DNA of 64,000 nucleotides from Callorhinchus milii. Taxonomy: Eukaryota. The stretch lies in contig NW_024704742.1 of the NCBI RefSeq assembly GCF_018977255.1, positions 84,880,001 to 84,944,000 of the forward strand, given 5' to 3'. Shown here one piece after another: positions 37,870-48,516 of this stretch. A program made the translations under genes and the position numbers. The stretch's first letter is position 1, and every line of letters begins with the position of its first letter. The notes under the pieces are model-generated. The model ran no database searches and was not told the DNA's origin. It saw only the letters and a list, made by a program, of their open reading frames with translations.

Positions 37870-38110
37870 AGGAATCAGGCATGTGTTGTTCGAATTTGGA
37901 ATGATCTGCCTGAAAGGGCAGTGAAGTCCGATTCGATAACAGCTTTTAAGAAAGAACTGGATAGGTATCTGGGGAAGATGGGTTTGCAGGGTTATGGGGA
38001 GAAAGCTGGTGATTGGGGTTAGTGAAAGTGACTTGCTCTGTCAAAGAGCCGGCACAGACTCGATGGGCCGAATGGCCTCCTTCTGTGCCGTAACATTCTA
38101 TGAATCTATG
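37870..38110 (+). mobile_element. CR1-clade LINE 3' end
   Basis: tggaatgatctgcc...tttaagaaagaactggataggtat...gatgggccgaatggcctccttctgtgccgtaa(cattctatg)n. Confidence 0.75.
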
Positions 38111-38348
38111 AAAAATGTGTGGCCTGGTGGTCCTAACATATTATTAATATTTAACGGTTGAACGGTTAATGGGTAAATTTATTTGCTGATACCCATAATG
38201 GGGTCCAATCTGCGGTATTTGCATTTCGCCTACAAAATACAGTCACTGTGCTTTACAGTGTATCCTGTGAAGTGCTTTGAGGTGTCCTCCCAATATGAGA
38301 GGAACTATATCAAATGCAGTGATTATTAGTTGTTATAATTTAATTATT

Positions 38349-38662
38349 TAATAATAATAATAATACTTGCATTTGATATAGCGCTTTTCACGTCGGGAGG
38401 ACGTCCCAAAGCGCTTCACAGAACACACTGTAAAGTGAATTGACTGTATATTTGTGGGCGACCGCGGCAGCCAATTGCGCACAGCAATGTCCCACAAACA
38501 GTCGTGGATTGAAAGTGACCAATTTATTATTGTTTTTGGTGGGATTATTATTAGGCTCTGTGTGGAGTAAGGAAACTTGCCCAAGGTTTCGCCCTGCCTG
38601 GAATTGAACTCAGGTCTCTCACTTGCAAAGCGAGTGCTCTAACCACTGAGCTACAGGACTCC
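38349..38662 (-). mobile_element. Full-length tRNA-derived SINE with L2-like 3' tail
   Basis: - strand head GGAGTCCTGTAGCTCAGTGGTTAGAGCA...GAGTTCAATTCC (A/B boxes); tail ...AAAAGCGCTATATCAAATGCAAG(TAT)n. Confidence 0.88.
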
Positions 38663-38747
38663 ATGGAATTTATTAATGAGAATACCTGAATATGCATCAC
38701 AGATGGAAAGAGCTCAGTGCACTGGCAGCCTGATGGTTCAAGGCTTA

Positions 38748-39122
38748 TTATAATAATAATGATAATAATAATCCTTGCATTTGATTAAACTCCATGTGGT
38801 TAAGATGTCTCAAAAGAGCTTCACAAAATACATTGTAAAGTAAGTTCATTGTGTATGTTGTGGAGAGAAACTTGGCAGCCAATTGCACACAGCAGTGTCA
38901 CACAAACAATTGTGGACTGAGTGACCAAATGTTTTTTTAAGGGATTATTAGCCCCAGAAAGCAATCCACCAATCAACTAACAACTGGGTTCCTACTTACT
39001 GTTAGGTAAACGGAGGCATGTGGAGTAAGAAAACTTGCCTAAGGTTTTGCCCTACCCAGAAATCGAACCTGGGTCTTCTTGCTTGCGAGGAATGTGCGCT
39101 TACCCCTATGCTATGGGGCTTC
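38748..39122 (-). mobile_element. tRNA-derived SINE
   Basis: Shared head, body and tail with 1447-1832. Confidence 0.78.
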
Positions 39123-39929
39123 AACTATGGGCTATGGGACTTAAGAACATAAGAATTGCTTGACGAAAGAAAACCAAGCAATTAACATAACGTAACAACA
39201 TAACTTGTAGGAGCAGGAGTAGGCCATTCAGCCCTTCGAGCCTGCCCCGCCATTCAATCATGGCTGATCTTCTAATCTACCTCCAGCTAATTGCTTTCGT
39301 CAAGCAATTCTTATGTTCTTAAGTTTGCCTTCCACCATCCTGGCAGTCGCATGCACATGTCATGTCCCAAACTATACACTGTATCCAAAGATACTAATAA
39401 CTGAAGAAATCTATCTTTTTTTAAAGAATCAACACTTTCTTTCTGCTTCTCTTTAGAGACATAATAATAATTATATAATAATAATTGTTGCATATGATAT
39501 AGCGCCTTATCAGGTCTTCTAAGACTTGCAAGGTGACAGTGGCTGAACCTGAAATGAGAATAATAGTCAGTGTAAACGGGGGTGGGGGGCGGGTGGTGGG
39601 TGGAGGTGGAGGGAGCTCCAAAGCCACAGGATTCTGAGAAACCTTTTCCCTTCCCAGTAACCACAACATCTGCAAAGGAAGGATTGCTCACAATCCGTGG
39701 AGTACACACATCATCAGCTGATTGAGTGACACTGGGATTTCTAAGGTTTCTTTTCGGTGGCAGAGTATAGAAAGACAATAATTTTATAGCGGCTTAATTA
39801 CATCGAAACATGTCAAAACACTTCACAATTAGTTATCAAATTTGCCAGCTGTTTTTGGAGGTGACCACAATTCCCATTTGCATCAGCAAGTTCACATGAA
39901 CAGGCATTAGGTGATTATCGAATGTGGAG

Positions 39930-40290
39930 TGCTATAGTGTATTGGTTAGAGCACTCGCCTCACAAGCGAGAGGACCTGGATTCAATTCCCGAGCGGGGGA
40001 AAACCTTAGGCAAGTTTCCTTACTCCACATTGCTCTGTTTACTAGTAGTAATTAGGAACTCAGCTGTTAGTTGATTGGTGGATCGGTTTCCCGGGTGTAA
40101 TAAACGCCCCCCAAAAATTTGGTTGCTCAATCCACGACTGTTTATGGGACACTCATTGCTCTGTGCACAATTGGCTGCCGCGTTTCACCCACAAAATATA
40201 CACTTTACGGTATATTTTGTGAAGCACTTTGAGAGGTCTCAACAGCGTGATAAGGCACTTTATCAAATGCAAGGCTTATTATTATTACAA
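39930..40290 (+). mobile_element. tRNA-derived SINE
   Basis: tagtgtattggttagagcactcgcc...ggattcaattccc head; tail aaggcactttatcaaatgcaaggcttattattatt. Confidence 0.8.
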
Positions 40291-40489
40291 TATACAGAGC
40301 ACTGTCAGCCAGGACACCAGGAGAAAAAAAAAAGACCCTTCTCTTTTTGAAAAGTGCTATGGGATCTTTAACATCCAGGTGAAGAACAGACAGATGGGAC
40401 CTTCGTTTAATGTTTTATTTGACATCTTAAAACAAAGTTACACAGAGGATTTTTTTTTGGCGGGTGACACCTAACATAAACATATAATC

Positions 40490-40980
40490 TACAGCCCGTG
40501 TCCTCCCACGCACCAGGCTCCGTGACCCTATCACCCCCATCCTTGCCCTATTCTCCTGGCTTCCCATCACACAGAGGATACAGTTCAAGATCCTGGTCCT
40601 CACCTTCAAAGCCCTCCGCGGAATTGCTCCCCCCTACCTCTCCGACCTCCTAACCCCCTACCATCCTGCTCGCTCCCTCCGTTCAGTGGGCTCCAGCCTG
40701 CTTCATGTCCCCCACCTCGCCCGCCCCACCTTTGGCGGGCGAGCCTTCAGCCACTCTGCCTCAACCCTCTGGAACTACATCCCGCAGCCCCACCACCAAC
40801 ACCCCTCCCTTGCCTTCTTCAAGAGTCGTCTCAAGACCCTTCTCTTCGACCGTGCTTTTGATCACCCTCCTTCCCCCCCTGATCCCGAAACACAGCTCTG
40901 GTCCGAAATACTGACTGTCCAGCACCTTGGGACATCCTCCTGACGTGAAAGGCACTATACAAATGTAATGTTGTTGCTGT
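40490..40980 (+). mobile_element. L2 LINE 3' fragment
   Basis: GGRAFSHSASTLWN...FKSRLKTLLF motif; tail gtgaaaggcactatacaaatgtaatgttgttg. Confidence 0.85.
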
Positions 40981-43117
40981 ATGAAACAGGCTTTGATTTT
41001 AATGATGAGAATTAACTACATAACTCCCCAGTAAGTTTGTCGCTCTCTTTGGTTATGAGATTACCTTCACAGATGATCTTTAAACAGTTAATATACACTT
41101 CACTTATGGTAAAATCAGATTGGATCCCAAAGCTTTTAAGATATTCCAAACCTGGTGTATGAATCAATTACTGACATAGTGCCGTTCAGGATAAGAGTAG
41201 CATTTGTGGTTCTTACGTTTGTGCTGCTTATTGCAGTGCATCTACTCTATATATCTTAATGATATATTTATGGTTATTAGAATGCATAACACCACTTTGC
41301 TGTATTAGCCTGTTGGCCCAGACAAAGTGGTACAGTATTGTTGTGGAGTGGGAAAGGCAGCCTGACGGTGGAGCTAAAATACTGCTGACATTATAGAAAC
41401 CAAGAACGACTAGTTTAACTGAAATGCTCGTCCCTGGAAGCCTCAAGCTATACAGCTTTCTTTGTGCCACAACGTTTACTAGTGTCGGCTGCTTCACTGG
41501 AACGCGACACAATACTTTGTCCGAGATGTGGTGGCAGCTCCCACAAACACCTCAGAATCATTTAAACATCCAAACTAAATGGCAATAGTTTCCGCCTGCC
41601 CAGCTCAATGCAAATGGAGTGCCTGTTTTCAGCAAATGGAAAAAGATCAAACAGAGTTTGTGCCGAAACCTCAAGTTTCCTTACTTTTGTTTACCTAGCA
41701 GCAAGTGGGAACCCGGTTGTTAGCCTTTTTTGCACCGTCAATTTCTGAAGGTGGTGATATCCTGGTGCAACTTTGCAGAGGTGTTGGCAGTCCTTCTGTA
41801 CCTCACCTGGCTATTCTTCCACACGTTAGCACACTAAACAGGTGGCCGGCCACTTGACTTGCAGCCCACATACTCACTTGATGTAATTTATGTGTAATTT
41901 TTGGTAGGGAGTCAGTAGGTAATTATCAGAGGCCTGAAAATCCACATAGCCTTAACCACAAAGACCACATTGTCCTGAAGTGTAAGATTGTGCAAAATTC
42001 TTACCAAGTTCAGTTTGAATTCGAAAGCTGTTTTTCCACAATAGCTAAAAAGTACTCAAATAGGCCTTCTCGGGAAGACGTCTCAAAGCACTTGACAATG
42101 CTGGATGGGCACTCAAGCTGGGGGTGGGAGCCGGCGGGGGGCGGGGATGAGGGGGGGTTACAGTCAGAGAGATAAGTTTTGAGATGTGTCCTGAATAAGG
42201 AATTCAAAAGTCTCCAATAGCCAGTAGCAGACCTCGAAGTGAGTTTAGGTGGAACTTCTTTACTTAGAGGAGTATAAATGTGGAACATGCTTCTGGAAAC
42301 TGTAGATAAGCAAAAAGCATCAACATGTTTAAGAGGTATCAAGGGAGAAGGGAACAGAGGAATAAAGAGGAATAGGAAGGTGAGGCTCATGCAGAGTATA
42401 AACACCGGCATGGACTAGTTTCTATGCCATTTTATTTAATTCCTTGTAAGACAAAATGGCCTTTATAGGTTACGACGTGGTGGAATTTTTAGGTATTAGT
42501 TTCGGGACTTTGGTTGTGTTTTGTTTCCTCTTTAATCCAGACACAGAATCTAATTGTAGTACTGTATCTCTATCATCACCCTCCCCAAGATAAGCTAACT
42601 CAAGTACAGAGCAGGAAGTGATTCTGGGCCCTCCCTGTTCTTCCTGCCTTTCATCTGTATTATCTGATATATTAAGCCACTGAGCCATGATCAGTCTCAG
42701 ATTGCTAATACCCAGTGAAAATAGCAATTTAACCCCCTTTATAAGTGATGCTATTAATCGGGGTGGGGGGGGGTTGAAGGGAGAAGCAGTGAAAGGAAAC
42801 CAAGAGAATGAAACATGACCATTCAAAAATATTTGTGTGTGTGTGGTGCGGGGAGGGGGGGGTGGGGGGAGGAGGGAAAGGAGGAAGATAATTGTTTTGT
42901 TCCCACCTTCACCCCAAATATTAGAGCTGTTTCAATGGTCATTTTTTTCCAGTTCCTCAATACCTTATAAAGCCAAGAAAGCTAAGCTTGGATAGTTTTC
43001 AATGTCATTCTCTGCTTTCTTCTTAGGTCACACTGTTCCCTGGCAGAGGAAGGCAGGTGAGTGACTGGCTACTCGACTTCTGCCAATCAGCTCTATTCCA
43101 GAACCAGACCAAAAAAT

Positions 43118-43745
43118 TGCATTATACAGTGCCTTTCACATCAGGAGGACATCCAAAGGTGCTGGACAGCTGCACCCAAGCTGGGGTTGGATTCAGGAGG
43201 GGTGTAAGATGACGAAAGAGAGGAAGGTCTTAGGACCTTGAAAGAGGCAAGGGTGAGCCGAAGGGACTGTGGGATGCAGTTCCAGAAAATGGGGCAGATA
43301 AGCTGAAAGCCCGACTGTCAATGGTGGGGTGACCAGCACAGGATGTGAAGCAGGCTGGCTCTGCCAAGGGAGTTACTGGGTTAGTAGGTTTTGAGGAGGT
43401 CGTAGAGCTAGGGTGGGGCAAGGCTTTGGGGGATTTAAAGGTTAGGACGAGGATCTTGAACTCAAGCTGCTGGGCAATGGAAAGCCAGTGGTGCTTGGCG
43501 AGGATGGGGATGATAGGCTTGTGGAGTCTAGAGCAAGAGGACACTGCAGAGCTCACTGTAGAGTTCTTAATGGTGGGAAAGGGACAAGCTGGGAAGTCTG
43601 GCAGAGTTATGATAGTCAAGTGATGAAAGTGATGAAAGCATGGAGCTGGGAGGGGATGGGCGGGGCATTGGAAAGTGGGCAGAGATGGTTGGTGGTGAAG
43701 AGGAGAAGTCTAGAGTTGTTCTTGACATTCAGGATGATCCTGGAA
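43118..43745 (-). mobile_element. L2 LINE 3' fragment
   Basis: [19 protein letters not shown]...RAFSLSAP on - strand; family tail. Confidence 0.8.
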
Positions 43746-45649
43746 AACGATAATTTGGGTGATGCAAGTAGGTGTAAAAGCAACCTATGGTGATTTACTC
43801 AAATTTTTCCTCCCTATAGAAAAATGCTCAGATCTTCCCAGAGTGCAAAAAAACCCTATAAATTCCACTTCAGGATGTTGTCACCATCAAGCCCAATTCA
43901 AATATATTTTTTAAAATGTGCATCAACCCTCCTCTCTGAAATGAACAATGCAACACAACAAAGGAAGAAAAAAGGAGTGATATACAAATTTCAGCACTTT
44001 TTTTGTTAATGGTTTACAATATGTACCAGAGCAATAGAATTAATGTAATGTGTTCACATTTACTTCAGTTCCTTACACAGCCTCAGCACGGGCATATATT
44101 CCTCTACAAGAAATAATCCTGACTGGCTGCTAGCAGGCTTATTGCATGGCATACACAAGCCTGAAGTGTTTTGTAAATGCAAGTTGCAGTGACAGAAGCC
44201 TAAAACTTTGCATTCATATTGAGTTACACAACTAAGTTTTTTTCTATCTGGCTGCTGGAACAAGCTTCATTTGGATTGGAGGTTGTCTTGTGAATGTGAA
44301 GCATTGTATCAGTTTCCATTTCTAGTTCTCAAGTTAGGTGCCAAGCAAGTGCAGAAAGAGCCAACTCACATTACAAGGGAGGTATTAAAACTCCGTTGTA
44401 ACATGAGTTGGCTCTATCTGCACTTGCTTTACTTTCTGCATCCTTTAAACAGCATTTTAAGAGTTATTTAAAAAAAACTCATGCCATATTCTTAACCAGG
44501 ATGTCATGGACAAACATGAACCAAGGTGGGAAAACATCCACAAAATGTTTAATGAAACTCTTAGAAGCAATTTACGGCACTCGTGAGCTTTGGAAGGCTG
44601 GCAGCCAATGTGTGATATAGGGATCCTGAGAAGAAATATCCCCCTCCTTCCGCTCTTTTAGATTACAACTGAAGATCTTTCTCTTCAACCGTGCTTACGA
44701 TCATCTCCTCCCTCTCTCCAGCTCGACATCAGGCTCTGCCACTGTTGAGCGCTTCGAGTTGCTGCCCCATGTGAATGGCACTATATAAATGCAAGTTGGT
44801 GTTGTTGAATACGTTAAAATAAGATGCTCACCAAATGGTTCAGTTAGCAAACTCACTGATCCGTAGAATAAAGCTCCCAAGGGAATAGAACCCCTCCCAG
44901 TCTATGTTAATTAGCTAATCTCAGCCAGTCACAATCCCACCTCAGATTGCTATTTTGTACGTTCTGGTTGAAAATATCTTGTTAAGATGATCGGCTTGGT
45001 TATGTTTCTGCCCAGTCGAACAGTCTCCAGCCATTCAATTTCTATGCGTTTGTATGAAATTGGCTTGGAGTGAAACACTTTGTCTGGCCCCTTAGCTCAA
45101 CTAAATCAGTATATTTAGTTTCAGGATAATAGAAAATTAGAAAAAAACAGGGTGAGAATTTTTTTAAAAAATGTGTAAAGTGAGAGAAGGTACAATGTTT
45201 TATGCAACTCCATTTTATGTGAGACCCTGCCACACATAAAGGGTGCTTAGAAATGCAAGTTGTTGTTGATGTGGATCCGTGTCTCCAAACACCTTGTATC
45301 TTCTCCCCATACACTACTTTTCCCAAATCTCATCCATTTTTATCACAGTGAAGCACAGCCTGACAGATTCCCACAGAGTGAGGACTGGACTCTTGCATAT
45401 CTCTTAATACGACAGTTCAGAAGCAGATGCAATAGTACACAATGCAACAGACACAGACACTATAGCTGTGAAATATTTATACTTTTTTTAAAAAAAGCAA
45501 AATGTTATTCCAGCAGACGGGACTGAAAGTTGTGAGGGAGTGATTAAAATAAATGGAGACAAGTTAATAGATCCAGAATAAAGAAAGGACAGAGAAAAAG
45601 TAAAAGTGCTAGACAAAGAGGCAGGAAGATCAAGAGAGATGTCATGGCA

Positions 45650-45655
45650 TTTATT
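45650..45655 (-). terminator. Candidate polyadenylation signal (AATAAA) of PTBP3
   Basis: + strand tttatt; downstream on - strand is U/CU-rich (cttttactttttctctgtcctttcttt). Confidence 0.5.
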
Positions 45656-46936
45656 GAAGGCATGCTACAATTAGAGTTGTTAGGAAAGATTAAGCAATAG
45701 TATCAAGGCCATACAAGCAAGTACACACAATGAAAGAAATGGAACATAGTATACAGAAACATGCAATAGCCAATTAGAAAATATCCTTTTTAATATTTCA
45801 TCTTCTGTTTGCATTAAAAACAAATCATCTGAACAGAAATGGAATCCATTTGTTTTTTCCCACATTGACACAAACTGCTTTACAAATGAAACCCGGTACT
45901 GTGGCTTATCAAAATATACAAGACAATCAGTTTTCATATAAAAACCAGTTTGTACTTTTTTCTTGTTCCCAAAAAACCTCATCAGATAAAAAAAGTTGTT
46001 ACAAATATTTACAGCACTTTCATTTTGTCAGCTGAACATCCTTACTAACTCAAAAAAGCAGGAATTTTAAGAACAGACCAAGTACATGATTGACAGAGGG
46101 GAAAAGCAGTACGTACCTGCCAACCTCACAGCACTACTGAGGGACTCAATTTATGATGAAAGGCAGCTCAACTAAGGTGGTTGGTAGCTGTAACAATGCG
46201 AGTCTAAATTGCACAGCCAAATGTATTCCAGCTGCAATGCAAAGGTTGTATAAGACTCATGTAGATTTTACTGTTAGGAATGCTATATTGTTTTGGTCAG
46301 GGTACATCACTTGAGAACTAATTTCCCACCACCAGTGCTGCTTGTGAATAGACCAGGGCTCTCTGGAAATTTCACAGTTGTAAGTCTATAAGCAGTATTG
46401 TGAATAAGTATAGATCTGCCTTTCCCCACTCAATAATATAGGGGCAAAGCAGAACAGCTGTAGCTCTCTGCTTCCACTCCTTAGAAAACTGGTTCCAGTA
46501 CTGCACTCCTTGGTGAGCGTTGCACAAACATGTTGGACTTTACAAAGATAAAACGGATTTGCACTTAAGTTTGTGCAGGATTCAGGCTCAAATAGTGAGG
46601 ATACAACTGCGATTCCTGCAATTACTTTTAAGGGACCATTCATTTGAAAAACAAATTGAGATTGCGTTCAATGTCCAGTAAGTGAGATTGGCAGATCCGT
46701 TTTGTGTAAATTAGTGAGCATCTGATATTCTCTCTTTTAGAGCTGGGTGTAAACTAACAAACCACGTCACTACAAAACAACCAAAATAAAATATTCTTTC
46801 TCACGCTCTTTCCTTCTCTATGGGATTACATACTCAAAATTATGTTTGTAATAATTTTCTATTCTAGATAGATATAACAAGAGAAAATATGAAAACTAGA
46901 AGGAAGAGGGGGAAAAAAGACCCATTAAGACGACTA

Positions 46937-46957
46937 AAGGCACATAAACTTTGGTCC
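46937..46957 (-). promoter_or_regulatory. Clustered miR-133 (GGACCAAA), miR-9 (ACCAAAG) and miR-124 (GTGCCTT) seed sites
   Basis: - strand reads GGACCAAAGTTTATGTGCCTT. Confidence 0.55.
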
Positions 46958-47867
46958 GGTTTTGGTTTTCTCTGAAACCCTGAAATAAAAGCTGATATTT
47001 TCACCTTAACATTCACTAGTTTCTACTTTTTTCAGGAGTTGATACCTCTTATAATTCCTTCTGGAAAGTATGAAACAGTCTTGTATTTAGGAAATCAGTA
47101 CAGTTCTAACCATGGTTTAATGAAAGCTTTGCTAAGTCTGTGCAGCTGTGAACTACTCTTTCAGAATGGATGGAAGAGTTAAGGACTTTTTTTAAAAAAA
47201 ACCTAGTCTGGCAGTTACAAATATTTAGTCCTTAACAAAAGGCAAGCATAAAATGTTGAATGTTTAGCCGTGGTCTCTAAACAAAACAAACATTTTAAAA
47301 TATCAGAGACATAAAACCCAGCGCTGAAACATTCAAAAAAACAAAAGGTTCTACTCCCTCAAAATAACTGCCGATCACATCAATGAAACCTTTGTAAAAT
47401 TAACACGGATAACTTCACACTACAGATCATCAGCAAAATAAATGAAATATTTTAAGGTAACATTTTACAAACCCTTAGCACACAGATTGAAAATTTAAAC
47501 CACCAAGAATCGTGCAGATACCAAAGCAAATAAGCAACCTCTGGGGCTAAACACACCAACACCCATTGCTCTCATCTTCGGTCCCATTCTACAGCAAGAA
47601 TATTATACTGTAATTCTCTGGAACTACTGTGCATGTTTGCAAGGTTGTGGTTGCCTGAGGAAGAAAGAGGAAGTTGGTGTTTTTTCTTTCCCATCTGTGC
47701 ACATTTTCCATAAAAAAAATAACTGATCGAACTTGCAAAAAAACACAAAAGAAAATACATCTAAAATCTACGAGACAAGAAGAAATACTCCCAAAAAGAA
47801 CCCACCATACATGTACTGGATACCTCAAACAAAACCACTAATCTATTAATTGATTATAAGCACTTAA

Positions 47868-47875
47868 TAAGGCAC
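47868..47875 (-). promoter_or_regulatory. miR-124 8mer seed site (GTGCCTTA) in PTBP3 3' UTR
   Basis: + strand taaggcac; PTB-family mRNAs are established miR-124 targets. Confidence 0.6.
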
Positions 47876-48383
47876 GTGATAAGAATTAAATGAGTACACA
47901 GTAAATAGGAAACTGATAAATTTTCCGATTATATTTTAGTGGTATGAAAACCCATGAAGTTTAAGAGTCTTTTTCAAAAAAAATTACCAAAATATTTTTA
48001 AAAGTATGACAAATTTAGATCTCGACCTGATTTTTCTCTCTCAAGACTGTAAACTTTTTTTAAAAAAAACTCTTAATCACTTAACCGACTTTACTGGTAA
48101 GTGATCGGAATTATGGCTGTTGACTGCTTGCAACAAACCACCCTCCAAAAAATAAAGGAAAAGTATATTAAGCTTAAGTTTAAACTGAAGAAAATGTATA
48201 GCAAAGTAAAAGTGTGTCAGCAAATTGGATAAATCTGTGTCACTGTTGTGTGTTCAACCTAAAAGATCATTAATCTACATGTCTCTTGCAGGCATAGTTG
48301 GTCATTGGTACTTGAGTCTCTGTCTAAAGGCTAGTTTTCCACATTGTGGTCCCAGTCTGGAGAGAAACACCAGAAGAGGAAAA

Positions 48384-48516
48384 TTAGATTGTAGATTTAG
48401 AAAAGGAAACTCTGAGATGGTGATTTTCTCCAAGGTCATGGTTGTGAAGATCAATAAGAGCATGGATTGCTTCTTCAAGAGAGGCTAACTGGATAAGGGC
48501 CATCTTGCGGTCCTTC
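48384..48516 (-). CDS. PTBP3: PTBP3 last coding exon
   Basis: cattgcag| [46 protein letters not shown]. Confidence 0.96.

Larger units (their letters stand above)
45630..48383 (-). other. PTBP3: PTBP3 3' UTR (approx. 2.7 kb; may extend further)
   Basis: AU-rich, free of the SINE/LINE copies that are dense elsewhere; ends at a candidate AATAAA followed by a U-rich tract. Confidence 0.65.

Noticed and set aside
38590..38662. tRNA gene
   Set aside because: The tRNA-like A/B boxes run straight into a SINE body and tail, and the same head recurs in many degenerate copies; it is a SINE head.
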